Assembly: GCF_000150275.1 (NCBI RefSeq)
Contig: NW_002060957.1
Location: 294,970 to 358,969, forward strand
DNA length: 64,000 nt
Direction of reading: 5' to 3'
Source of the DNA: Trichoplax adhaerens
Lineage: Eukaryota > Animalia > Placozoa
Shown here: positions 20,073 through 38,001 of the stretch, in pieces
Numbering within the stretch: position 1 is the stretch's first letter
Layout of the letters: each line of letters starts with the position of its first letter
Translations under genes and position numbers: made by a program
The notes under the pieces: model-generated
What the model saw: the letters and a program-made list of their open reading frames with translations, nothing else
The model's database searches: none
What the model was told of the DNA's origin: nothing

Positions 20073-21634
20073 TATTCTACTCTTTATACCTCTTTGCAAA
20101 TTATAAAATGACGTAAAATGCTATATACTATAACTATATTCATAAACGTGGATAAGAATAATACGCCTTGATGAGAGCCAATGGCATTATGGTTTCAAAG
20201 TGAAAGTTCTCATCTACTGTACAGTAATCTATTCAAGTTTTATTATTACTACTACTTCTACTGCTGAAGATATGCAAGCTATTGCCTTATATGTTGCATG
20301 GACTGCATTATTTTGAGCTAAATTTTATTTTTGGTATGCGCTATAGAAAACATGTATATTATGTTACATGTGCTTATTATTTTTTAAGGTAAAATGAAAT
20401 TATGAACATTGTTTTATATCGATTATATGTATAACTGCTTAATAAAATATTTTAGCTAGGATATTCACGCTTTATTGTTGTCTAAGTTTCGTTTTGGCTT
20501 CTGTAAATCTATTTTATGTGAGCAGTGATATTTTTTATCGAAAATACTAACTAAATGATCGTTCTATGGGTAAATGATTGGAATATGACATCAAAGGTTG
20601 CGTATGCTCCATATTACTACTGATTATCTAAGGCTAATTTACTATATTATCAATCTCATTTACAAAATCTAATAGGCCAATTACATTTATAAACTGGACG
20701 TTATAATTGTATAGTACTGTACAGTAGGCAGATTGATTTTAGAGATGAATAGAATGAAATACTGAATCAAATGGAAGATATTTTAGTTTACGTTATAATA
20801 CATGTATATCTTTAATCATCTCAGATTGAAGCCTTGTATTCATTCTGAGGAGCGTGTTTTAATACTAATTGTTAGCGATTAATAAGGGGCATTTTTATTT
20901 ATTTCGGACTAAGTTTTCATTTGTAGGCTGCCATTGACATGCGAAATCATACATTATTTTATGGAATATCGCTGCGTAATATTTGTTAGCTTGATATGCA
21001 AACAGTAAATATTTTTTCTAAGATGGCCTATCTTTTACCTGGATTCAATTTCTCATAGAAATCGATCCATACAATTACTTTTAAGTTTGGATAGATTAAT
21101 CTTACAACGCGATGATAAATTAATTAGTATACAACTTAATCTATTATTCTATGACAAAGCCACAGGAAAACCAAGAGATGACCAGGTCTATATGTTGCAA
21201 ACCATATCATATAAATAATACTTTCACTTACAATTCAAATAAATTTAATAACTTGATTTGCCTGGAATAAAGAGGAAAGGACTGACTAGCTTATAACCAG
21301 TCTTAATGTTTATTTATACATGCATTATTACAAGCAAAACCCCATTATGAGCAAGTATTTACTTAACAGAATACTGATATCTTAAATAAAAGCCTGCTTT
21401 AAATTTCAGCTTACCAACAATTACGTAACGAAAGTCAAAATCTTACATTATATAGTATTTAAGTTACAGGTCTTTTCTAATATGTATATACATATTGGAA
21501 CGTTCGTTTTGTGGTATGTGCAAGATGGCTCATAAGTATTAACAACATTGATGCAAATTCTTCGGTCTCGTCATTCTGTACAACATGTCTGAAACGCTAG
21601 CTGAGGGTATTTACGAGATAAATTGCTAAGGTAG

Positions 21635-24600
21635 CTAATTTTCAGCCATTTGTATTTCAGCTTGCTTGTACTTTTCCGGAACAGGATACCCCAAAATTTC
21701 AGGTACCATATGTGGCTTCAACCAATTTACTAATGAAGATTTCTCACCTGGCTTATAATGACCATCCTTATGATAGAATAGTAGACCATCAATCTATCCA
21801 ATTCAAGCAGTATTATCTTAGTAAAAGGCATTTAAATTTGATAGCTAAAACCTCTAAACAGTATAGTACCGGATACTCTTTAATGTCATTCAATGAGGCA
21901 TAGATTTTATCACTACTAGTTTCAAACATTGGCGCTATAATAAATTTAAACTGAGAAAATAGGAGGAAATTAGCCAATTTTTAGTCAATATGCAGTCATA
22001 ATAATATATTTTTAATTGAGAATTACTCGATTAGATTTAGAAATGGTCGACAACAAGTCGAATTCTTCTTGGATCTTACTACGTAACCAGAACGACCGGA
22101 AAGAATACTGCCGTAATTTCAGTAGGTTGAGAGAGTTACTTAGTATCAAAAGTTATAGCACTATAGGATTATACTCTCATTAATGGTACGATCATGCTTA
22201 CGTCAGAATCATAAATAGGATGGCCATTCCAACACATTAGATCAATAATAAAGAAAGTTTGCAGTTGTTCGCAATAAATACAGTCTAGGATACAGAATTT
22301 ACCCCTTCTACCAGCGCTACCTCCAGGAAGGGCAGAATTAAATCTACTAATTTTATTGCCTTTCCTAGAGTATGCAGTAGTCCTACCCTACATTTACAAC
22401 GCAAGAAATAAAAGCATAGATTGAATCGATAGATTCTGCTAGACAGTAAGATAAAATTAGTTTTCTGGTGAAAGTACCCTTGCAGCAATCACTAAGTTCC
22501 TTTTCCCAATTGGACAAATAACAGTGATCCAGCTCGATTCAAAGTTTGGGGGCTTGTCATTAAGCCATTCCGATAGCATTATCTAGGATTAAAATCTCAG
22601 TATTATTTAAGCGTATGAATGCCAGCATCAATCAGCCTTTTATGTAAAAGCTGCCTTTCCAAAGCATATCATACAGAACAAATTGGTTTACCTGATTAGC
22701 GTAAGGCTTATAGCTTTTAGTTTTATGCTGGCTTCGCTTGGAGGCAGGTTTCATGTCTTCACACTTACTCTCCTAGAGAATAATTAGTAATCGTAGATTA
22801 TTTTTAAGTGCATGTGGTTTACTTTTAAATTTATTTTACAGGCGCTAAATTGACAGTTCTTTGTACGAAAGCAACAACAACGGAATCATTACTGTTGGTT
22901 CTGCTGTGGCAATTTCCATAGTTACTTCATCTTCTAAGTGCCGAAGTAAATTGTAAGCCTCCGATCGTTTCCTGTAGGTTTTAGTAGTTAATTCTCTTAA
23001 TAAACTTAGTCTGGTGAGCAGGTGTGGTACGTAGTTTTTAAAAAATTTCTCTTCATTTTAGTCCTCAATCGTACATTGTATAGTACATGACTAGATCAAT
23101 GCACATTATTACAATTTTACCTTTTTTGCCTTTCCAATTCCTTCTGTCGTCTAGCATGTTGATCGGGCAACGTGGTACTTTTGTATTGAGCAAATCTGTT
23201 ATAAGAGTAAGTTAAGAAATAGAGTATCACAGTTCGCTCTTTATTATAGTTTTTTTAGCTCGCTCAAATGTATTGGAGGTTAATTTATCTTCCGGAGCAG
23301 TATTTTAAATCTCTACTGCAATAGCTCGAGTTGTAGGTAACTAAAGTAATGTGGGGCTGGCATTGGGTATAAGTAGAAGTATACGAGTACAATAGGAATT
23401 GGTCCAGTTGTGTTGATCAAATGAAAACAGTTTGTCTCTCATGATAATGCCGTTCCTTAATTATCGCTACTGAAGCCATTAGACCGTACCCTAACATTAG
23501 CTAAATTCATTTATATTGTTCACTTATTCAGTAGTGATATTGATCTCATTACCTTAATAGCTCGAGTTACAGTTAACTACAACAATGTATTATTTAGTGG
23601 TATATAAGTCTTTAACATGAATTTATCCGTTAGCAATCATGCCATGAGTCTAAATTGTCGCCTATTTTATAATCATTCTTTAATCCCTTTCTGACTACTA
23701 TTTGTTCTTATTTTCAGTTCATTCAGCAGTAGCGTTTTGTACTACAACCTTAATGATTGGAATGGTAGAGAATAATTAAAGCAGTGTATTAGTGATATTC
23801 TATCGATGAACATCAGTATTGAATATGAAGTTTATTCTTTAACATTAATCAAATTGTAAGTGACTGAAATACTGCGAATAAATGTAAGTATCTAACTGGA
23901 ATTTATCCATTGACTTAGCCATGATCAAGCGAGTATCTATTGTCACTTTAGTATTGCTGTGCATTCATTCAATCATTCGTTAACTATAGTGCACCCTATA
24001 CACAATTACGTCGATCAGAATCTTACAGTCTCCCTTAGACTGTAGTTTATCCATTGACTTAGCCATGATCAAGCGAGTATCTATTGTCACTTTAGCATTG
24101 CTGTGCATCCATTCTATCATTCTTGAACTATAGTGCACCCTATACCCATGTACGTCGATCAGAATCCTACCGTCTCCCATAGACTGTAGTTTATCCATTG
24201 ACTTAGCCATGATCAAGCGAGTATCTATTGTCACTTTAGCATTGCTGTGCATCCATTCTATCATTCTTGAACTATAGTGCACCCTATACACATGTACGTC
24301 GATCAGAATCCTACCGTCTCCCATAGACTGTAGTTTATCCATTGACTTAGCCATGATCAAGCGAGTATCTATTGTCACTTTAGCATTGCTGTGCATCCAT
24401 TCTATCATTCTTGAACTATAGTGCACCCTATACACACGTACGTCGATCAGAATCCTACCGTCTCCCTTACTTTACCAGTACAGTCATTTGCATGTCCACA
24501 TTTGCTTGCAAGTTAGCCATAGCAAATTCCATTTATGGATGAGTTGAAATGGCGTCATGGTTGCACAAGCTAGGATAATACGCTCAGCTCTATCTTATAA

Positions 24601-24904
24601 TGTACTTCTGCTCTCTCGATGCCAATTTGTTGTCGTCTTTTGCATCATGTAGAATACGGTCTAATTGGATCAATGTTCCCCTTGGATCCAATGCATTGCA
24701 TCGCTACTGTAATGCAAGTGTGGTATGATCTAGACAGAATTGTTCGCATCGAGTTTGAAGGATAACCTCGTAGGACCAAGTTCCTGTACAACATCAATAT
24801 CCTAGCTATGACCTAACTTACCTAGGATGCTGTTTAAAAGTGTCGTAAGGATCGGATTGTGAAACAGAAACAGCTGAAAATAATTGATCGATCGATTCAG
24901 CCAT
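21635..24904 (-). CDS. SNUPN: Snurportin-1 (m3G-cap snRNP import adaptor)
   Basis: Exon 1 (24904-24822) [28 protein letters not shown] joins [20 protein letters not shown] (IBB-like). Further exons give [51 protein letters not shown] and [16 protein letters not shown]. Stop TAG at 21635-21637. Confidence 0.93.
23902..24468. repeat. 144-bp tandem repeat, about 4 copies, in SNUPN intron 1
   Basis: TTTATCCATTGACTTAGCCATGATCAAGCGAG recurs at 23902, 24046, 24190 and 24334. Confidence 0.95.
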
Positions 24905-25253
24905 CGTGTTAATCTTGCACATGTAAGACAGCTACGTTGTCTGATTTCATTCACGGTAGGCAAATGCAAGTAGACCAGCAGAAATCAAGACTATTGCAGG
25001 CAATAGCAGCAGCAATCAGCAAGACGATGCCAATCTCGAGCTCTCCACAGCCACCACGACCAACGTTGCTAGGTGATGATCCTGGAGGTGACGGACGAAC
25101 CACTCAGTATAGACGAGTAGGACTGATCCAGTCAAGGGATTGCCATACTATGCCAACCCACTTTTGTATCATATCATCGTTGCTCAACTCATACAGAACT
25201 TGCTATAAAAAAGTCTTGAATGGAACACTCATGTCCACCATCGACTTCAACAC

Positions 25254-26160
25254 CTGAGTAGTCTAACAACGCAAACAGTAGTTCATAATCTATAGTAATA
25301 GCACTTGTAACGGGATGCATGGATGATTGATACCAGTTGAGTAGTCTAACAACGCAAATAGTAGTCCATAATGCATAGTAACATCAATAATAAAGGGAAG
25401 CATAGACGGTTGATACTAGCTGAGTAGTCTAACAACGCAAATAGTAGTCCATAATGCATAGTAACATCAATAATAAAGGGAAGCATAGACGGTTGATACT
25501 AGCTGAGTAGTCTAACAACGCAAATAGTAGTCCATAATGCATAGTAATAGCACTTATAAAGGGAAGCATAGATGATTGATACCAGTTGAGTAGTCTAATA
25601 ACGCAAATAGTAGTCCATAATTCATAGTAACATCACTAATAAAGGGAAGCATAGACGGTTGATACTGACTGAATAGCCTAACAACGCAAACAGTAGTCCA
25701 TAATGCATAGTAACATCACTAATAAAGGGAAGCATAGACGGTTGATACTGACTGAGTAGTCTAACAACGCAAACAGTAGTCCATAATGTATAGTAATAAC
25801 ACTTACAAAGGGAAGCATAGATGATTGATACCAGCTGAATAGTCTAACAACGCAAACAGCAGTCCATAATGCATAGTAACATCGCTAATAAAGGGAAGCA
25901 TAGACGGTTGATACTGACTGAGTAGTCTAACAACGCAGATAGTAGCTCATGATGCATAGTAACATCACTAATAAAGGGAAGCATAGATGATTGATACTAG
26001 TTGAGTAGTCTAATAACGCAAACGGTAGTCCATAATGCATAGTAATAGCAGTGATAACAGGAAGCATAGATGATTGATACTAGCTGAATAGTCTAACAAC
26101 GCAAATAGTAGTCCATAATGCATAGTAACATCAGTCATAAAGGGAAGCATAGACGATTGA
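25254..26160. repeat. 83-bp minisatellite, about 11 copies, between divergent SNUPN and NAA35
   Basis: TGAGTAGTCTAACAACGCAAA unit starts at 25255, 25338, 25421, 25504 and so on to about 26085. Confidence 0.95.
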
Positions 26161-26467
26161 GACTCGCCGATTCCAGCATTGGCTTGGCTGTCGCAACTCG
26201 CTGCTCCTGCTCTCTCTTACAAAATCATACATGTTTAGCTACTGTATGATACAGTATACTAGTAGTGTATTCTAGCCAAAAGGAAGACAGAACTGTGCCA
26301 CCATGGAAGCGGATCGTGTCCACGCAGTCTCCTACGCGTCGCATACAATTCACTGTAGCTTTCAGCGATGATTGCGTTAGTCAAGTTTCATAGTCAAGGC
26401 AAAATTGCTTCCAATTCTTGGCTAATTGCAAGCTTGCAACAACTTCTTATGGTGGCTAGCGGTCAAG

Positions 26468-29400
26468 ATGTCGCAAGAAGGCATGAAAAATATCGCCAAT
26501 GGTGTTCAATCTGAAGTTAGGTTCAGCTACAACGATTGGTGAGTATGATGAAATGATGGAAAAACTGTATGGAGTAAGCAAGAATGGTTAATGTCTTTTA
26601 TCCGATCAGCGTTAACGTGTTCTGCAGGGAAAGCTTGATGCAAACATCATGCTAGCCAATGGCATGCATAATTTGCAAGTGGATAGCAATCGATTAAAGC
26701 TTGATAGAACTCGATCATCATCGCCATGATGGTGGTTGTGTTCGCAAACAATCTCATTTATATTGTACCTTCTACTTCTACCTTGATGTGCATCCATAGC
26801 AATGATCGATGATGATGCTTTCCAGGCTATCGGATAGTGACAAAATTTCAATACAGTACATAGACAATCTTGGATTCAATCGATCACTTGACAACCGCCT
26901 TTCCATCATGGCTGATGATCCTCAACTTACTTGATTAAATGATAGACATGTATTATTTCAATCAGTGCTATCATGCTTTTAAATTAGTTTCACTGTGTTG
27001 CCAATCAATGCAGGAAACATTGGCAAAAAATGCCTTAATTCTGGACTATTAGACAGAGTAGTAGAATGCAATCGAGTGCAGGATAGAATTTTATTAGATA
27101 ACCGATGAAAGAATGGATTTGCAATTGAATAGTACTAAATACTGACCATTGGATATATATATATATAATAATAGGCAAAAGTGGCTGCCTGAAGATGGTG
27201 AAATGATTGATGGCAAAATAATCTCGGGTAAGCTATGAAACCACGATATTGATTGACAATTTTTTTCTCTTTATATTATAATTATTCTCATCACGATTAC
27301 TCGATTGTGCAATCGAGTACAATGGCTCCGATGCAAAGCACTTGATCAACGATGCAATTTTATTTTCCATGCCTCACCATCAATAATTTCATCGCTTACG
27401 TTATAAAATGACATTATAGGATAGATTTTTTCCATCTGCTATCATCAGAAAATCAAAACAGCATGTAAAAAACTTCTAGTTCATTCCTGTAACTCCTTCC
27501 TATTATTAGATTATGAGTATTGCAAGGCATACGAGTTTGGTTCAATTTTTACAGTACCGTACATCAATTTTCCAATGTATCGAGCCATGATATCCATGAT
27601 TTTACTCGTGCATGAATGACATTTAAACTCTATCCCTTTATAACTACTGCAATAGTTATTGTAAGTTGGTATGCCCTAGCCATGTTCACTTTTTCAATGA
27701 TCGCTGTAATTTTATACTGCACTTCAAGAGAATGCGACGTCATTATTGATCGATTTAAATGAACTATTAGTAATACAATGCAACCATTTTGCAAGAAAAG
27801 GAGTTTGTTGTATTCAATAGATTCTTGAATTGATAGGTTCTGAACAAGTTCCCATCCATTGGAAGGATATCACCCAAGCTTTTCAGAATTCTTGTCAAGG
27901 TAACGGGCATAATGTCATCGTCGTATTAATACCGTTATTATTATTATTATTGCAATAATCCATTTACAAATGCCCATTCAGCGACTATGTACAATACACC
28001 ACAATAATTCATGTACAGTAATATACTCTGCCCTTTTATTATCGCATAGGATAGCGATCTTATTAAATAATACGGTCATTAAAGCGTTCAATAAATCTTC
28101 CATCATCCTAATACAAGTACGGTATCGATGCTCTTTAGTTTACCACTAGGTACATTGTAGCAGTGTTTGACTTGACTAGTTACGTAATGCAGACAAAGGC
28201 CAGTATATTTTGATACTGACAAAATCCCTTTCAGTTCTTGTTATTACAGTATGCACCATCAATCTTACTGTATTTCTTTTTCAATATGAGATATGAAGTT
28301 GGCTATTTTATGATAAGACTAAACTATGAGCTCATTGGCCTACCAAGAATCCTAGTTACCGTTTGATAGTGATCGGTACTCGTCATTTTGCTGCAGGGTA
28401 CAAATTAGATTGCTATGTATTCTTGCAGTTAGACATAACTTCATGATAATAGTGTACGTCATTGCAACGATATCATGTATACCTTTGTGTTATTGTTTGT
28501 GTAGATTATTAATCGCTTACACGTAATCTCCTGATTTGTTTAGAACTAAAACCTGGGGAACTGGTTCATGATCAGTAGTAAGTACTTGATTGAAAAGTGG
28601 AATCTTTACACTGGCTTAATGAACATAGCCCAACATTAAAAGAATAGCCATCATATAGTTTTTAATTTTATATAATAGGTCTATGTGGTAATGTAATCAT
28701 AATACAAGTAATAGAAATAGTGAGTGCAGTCGGGTTAATGAATCCGAACGAATTTATTACCTACACTGTACCTTCAAGTCATTTTGATACTATAATTTTA
28801 GTTTATATATTATATTGCAATTGAATCATAGGCTTTAGCTTGTATGAAGCAATAAGTGTTATCGAGTTGATGTGTCCAAAAATGGATACATGAATGATTT
28901 GCGCAAACTGGATGTTAAAGTAATCTTGACGGTATATTTCTGATTTATTTAATCATAGCTTTAGCTTGTATGAAGCAATGAGTGCTGTTGAGTTGATGGA
29001 TCCCAAAATGGATTCCGGAATGATTTATAGAGACTGCGCTTCGCCTATTCTTAGTTTCGAAGAAGCTGTTGAGGTTTGTACATTAATATACTGTTGATAT
29101 ATGTTTTATTTATAATTATTATTCAGATATATGAAAGTTATGTTAATACATACCTTGTAGAAAAATAAGGTGCAAGTGGATAATTTTAGTCCATCCCAAC
29201 TCATTGGGATAGTTGATGAATTGCTTGCTTGTGTTGTAAGTATTGAATGAATCCAATACAATTTATTATTTTGCTTCAAATCCTAGCATATCAATACATT
29301 TATTACACCTTCTTAATTATCGAACTTCTAGGCTTCTTGGCTTGATGGGCAACCGTTAGTTCAGACTATTTTTACATGTTCTTACTTGCATAAAGTTGAA

Positions 29401-32400
29401 CTTATTGAAGATACGTACTTAAAGGTAAGAATACTTTTTATGCTATGTTTTACTCGTAACAACATCAGTTCTTAATAAGACAATTTTTATAAATTATTAG
29501 GCATATTGTGTTGGTATATTAAAGTCTTGTGATTTGATTTGGTCTTTGATACAAAGTGGTCAAGTATTTGAAGAGGTTTGTGATATAGCTTTAGTACACA
29601 TAATTGGTGCTTTTAATTTTTCTAACTCTATTCGTATGCATGTTGTATTCATATATAGGAGGATTTCTGTTGTCCATCTCATGGTTGTTCATTGCAGACT
29701 AATGTTACTAATGCTAAAGCCTTTGGTATGTTTCTTGTTGTAACCCATACTTTGAATTCATATTGCTATACTTTATGGTTAATACTGAAATAATTTTTGT
29801 GAATTAATTCAGCATCCTTGAAAGAAGTTGATGAAAACTGCGCTCGCAATGTTAAAGTATAGTACTTGTGCCGTAAAATATTTTAACCACTGCATGCCAC
29901 AAAATAATTGCTAACCTTGACAATTTAAGTGATATATACATAAATATACTTTTAGAAATCTGGTAGAAAACCTGAGGAAGAAACTGATGAACAAGCGAAA
30001 TCAAAGGTTAACATACTTTGAGATAATACTACTTATTTCACATTGCATCAAAGAGTAATTACCTAATATTATGATATTATTTTAATTGCATTAGAATCTA
30101 CTCTATCAAGCCCTGCACACAAGAATTAAATTTTGTAGATTATTTTATTCCTTTTTCCATCATTTGCTTGGAACCAAGGTAGTTCTATCAAACATCCGAG
30201 GGAGTTAGTTTGTTAGATTCATTTGGTAATGTTATTACATTTTTTTAATGTGTGTTATAACATAATTTACAGATGAATGAACCCTTCCTGGATGTGGTTA
30301 AGGCATCGAATAATAGATTACAGTCCATGTATGCTATGATACCGCTAATTAAGGACACCTGCATTTTAGGCGATCAAGCGGAAATGAACGATTGCGGTAA
30401 TTGATTAGTTCATTTGCGCAAGTTTTGTAATGTCTATGTAGTCATAAATATCTCTATCAGAGATTAACATTAAGGTATTGATCTTTTTTGTAGGTAATAA
30501 TTGTATGATGGGTTTCAATCCGCTAATTTGTATGAAACATTTACCGTCCCAATTTCCTAAAGCGATTGAAATTATGGAAAGAACAAAGGTTTATAGCTAT
30601 TGCACCTACCAATAAATGACTTTAATGCTTATTGAGATAAATTCTTTAATCAATATAAAGGCATGTGACTATATATATACTTTAATTGGTCGTCTCCTCC
30701 GCGCTACGGAAGTCGTAGAAATTTCGAACATTGATAATATAATAGTAAGAAAATTTTAGGAAGAAATTTTTATAATTTATCAACAGATTAATTATTAACT
30801 TCGACAACAATTTTGCAGCAATTTTTTGCAAATTTTAGCTGCGATAATCCTGATGTTTTATCTCGGTCAGCGTTGCAGGTTTGTAATGTAACTATACACT
30901 ATAAGTGTTTTGTTTTGTGGCTATCAATCATTAAACTTGGGTCATTTTCTTGGTACTCAAATCTAGCATTTATTCTGCGAAACTTTCAAATCCTGCAATG
31001 ATAAAAAAGCTATGAATGAAATAATTAAGAAAGCTATTAAGATATTTACTCAGCCCCCTATATTGAATAATCCGTAAGTGACTATGCACAAATTATCGTA
31101 GCCATTTCTTTACTTTGCTGTACTGTAGAGCTGCAATTACTAGCGCACAGTCGTAACGTGAACCTATTTTATTTAGGTCTTTGAAAGGTTCACAGCGCGC
31201 GTTAGAAATATCTGAGGCCTTCTTTGAAAGATCAGACGGTGTATGCTAAATGTTCTAAATCTGACATAGTGGTAATTGAGATTTTAAAAGTTATCATAAT
31301 AAATGTACGTTTTACTTCAGCCAATTTCTAGATTATTATTTACTTATTGTTGCAACCGATCTCGCCAGAGAGAAAAGATAGGTGGTTTATTGGAAGAGTT
31401 GTCAGCGATGCAGGAAGAGGTATAATAATAGATAGTGTGATTATGCTACAATAATTTGGCTGCCGTTTATCTAACAATTTTTGCAAATGTATTCAAATGA
31501 AATAGGCCTCCCAATGTGATGAGCAATTAAATGTGATTATGGAAAGGATTGACTCTCAAGTAAGTTAAACTTCTTATACAATACAATATAACGGTTAGTT
31601 GTCGAATTTAGCAATATTACGCTAAATTAATGTGTAAAAATTGAGCTAATCATTTATATGATTCATCTTGTTTTAGCTGCATCATCGTCCATACTTAGGT
31701 CTTTGGGGGTTATATCATACTTGTAAAATTATGGAATATTATCTGTTACTTGGTTTTGAACTTGACTTGTATGGAACCTATGAATACTACATTGTATACT
31801 GGTAAATTCTTGTATGCTAAATAAATTTGATTGGTACCTGACCAGTAACTTACGAAGAAGATGTATTTACATTTTAAAATTAGGTATGTTGATTATCTTT
31901 ACAATCACCGCTTGTCTTGCTTGTACGCTGCGGATAAACATCTACAAGCTCATGAAGCCGCTTCGTTGGATTTTCGTAAAAATAAAAATAAGAAATCAAA
32001 AAAGAAAAAAAAAGGTAATTACTATTTATTATAAACGTCGTTTTTCAGTGTATTCAATTCGGGAAATTTTATTTGCTATAGTTTCCGAACATACCTTGGA
32101 GATACAACTAGTTGATGCAAAGCAGTCAATGTGTAAAGGATATTTAAGGGTAAGTAAAGCGGATTGCTACCGTTGCACACTTTGAAAGGGTAGATAAATT
32201 TGAATATGAATTGTACATTAGAGAAAATATGCATCGTATTTTGCAGGCAATTGATGGTTTTGTAAAGCAGGAAAAAATGGCTCATCAAAATTCTAAGTAT
32301 GATAACGAAAAGGTTTGTAAAGACTTGACCAAAAATCGGTTACATTACCGGAAGCATTTGTAATTCGGATCGGTTTCTTCACATTTTCTATTATTATTCC

Positions 32401-33132
32401 AGTACATTAAAATACTTTGTGTTGCTTTCAGTTACGTTACGAACACCGTATTTTGCCATTTATGAACGTTTACTCACCTCAGCTTATAACTTACGAAAAA
32501 TTTACTGAAGTTAGAGAGTATACGCGGGCTGCTTTAGCAACGGTAAGGTTTGCAAATGCTGTAAAAGTCTAGGATGATGTTGTTCATTGACCAACTGAAG
32601 GTTTTGTAGGCCACTATAGATTATATAATTTATTCTTTACTTTATAGGCTACGGAATTTTATTCATCATCAGCAAAATTTTTTAATATGGCTAAAACAAA
32701 GCTAGAGGAGATATCAAAGCCTAACGATGATGTAAGAAAATAGGACATACTTTTTTATTGCAATCTGTAGCGATATTAGATATTGTACGCGTAGCATACT
32801 TCTGGCATGCTGTGTATTGAATGTCGTAATGGCGAGATTAAACAGTACGAGTATAATACTCTGATTTATGAAGCTAACTATTTTGTCCGTATCTTCTTCA
32901 GGTAACTAATTTGATAAAAATTACGAAAACTAATATGGTAGTTATGAATTTATTGGCAAGTGGCCATAAGAAGGAGTCTAAGGTTTGATGTTTTTCTGAT
33001 ATCTAGAATAATGTAATTATTTGCCAGTTATGTTAATACCATTGACTGAAAGCAATAAATCTTCATTTGCAGACTTGTCCATCGTTCTCTTTCGAAGTTG
33101 ATAAATATTTTCCTATCATTAAAATTCGGTAA
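26468..33132 (+). CDS. NAA35: N-alpha-acetyltransferase 35, NatC auxiliary subunit (MAK10), many short exons
   Basis: [48 protein letters not shown]; [18 protein letters not shown]; [11 protein letters not shown]; [20 protein letters not shown]; RYEHRILPF; C-terminus [10 protein letters not shown]. The first two exons (26468-26538 and about 27175-27226) are phase-consistent predictions with lower certainty. Confidence 0.92.
28832..28899 (+). pseudogene. Degenerate tandem duplicate of an NAA35 coding exon (pseudo-exon)
   Basis: Copy of the 28951-29026 acceptor and exon sequence located 127 bp upstream. It reads [21 protein letters not shown], with an extra G after the AG and TGA at 28891-28893. 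Confidence 0.8.
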
Positions 33133-33351
33133 TCTTTTACTATTTTTGCATCGGCCACTCAATGGCTGAATAACTATGACTCATGTTGTTTTGTAATTTA
33201 TCGACTCGAAAATATTTAGCTAATGATAGCTAAGTAACAACTTCGCTTGCGCGATAACTTTTTTATTGAACGTTTCCTAACTTATGATACTTTTCTTCAT
33301 TGCTCTCAACAATTATCAATTAATATATGATACCAAAATACAACAAGAAAA

Positions 33352-37623
<4,272 letters not shown>

Positions 37624-38001
37624 TTTCGATGTCTAAGGATGTATTTTAAGGATAAATTGGGGAATAATCCTTTTCTTTGTAGGTGATCGATGCAATGGCG
37701 CAGCGTTCTTCCTCTTGGAGTTTGGTTTGGTAACGACTACAATGTTCAAGGGCGGTGGCAAGCAAGTAGTCTTAGTATAGGATTCGCAGGAAATGGAGGG
37801 GAAAGGCTGCCGAAGATCAGGTGACTTAGAGGTAGTATAACAACGCAAACGGTACTGATGTACTGAGTGTATTGAGTTGATTTTCATGATGATTAGGCAG
37901 TTGTAGCTTGTCTATCATTACTGGACTAGATTGTACTGTATGCTACAGTACTGTACACTGTATATTACGATACTTAGTATTATACCGTACTGTACCGTAA
38001 A

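Noticed and set aside
22480-22530. Suspected frameshift in a SNUPN exon
   Set aside because: Re-reading gives an intact frame ([18 protein letters not shown]).
23980-24435. 151-aa ORF with 48-aa repeats
   Set aside because: It is a by-product of the 144-bp intronic repeat, has a non-ATG start and no recognisable domain.
25254-26160. CRISPR-like appearance of the 83-bp array
   Set aside because: Whole units are homologous with no unique spacers, the context is eukaryotic and there are no cas genes.
28891-28893. In-frame TGA as selenocysteine or readthrough
   Set aside because: It aligns to Gly (GGA) rather than Cys, and the exon copy also has a frame-breaking extra base.
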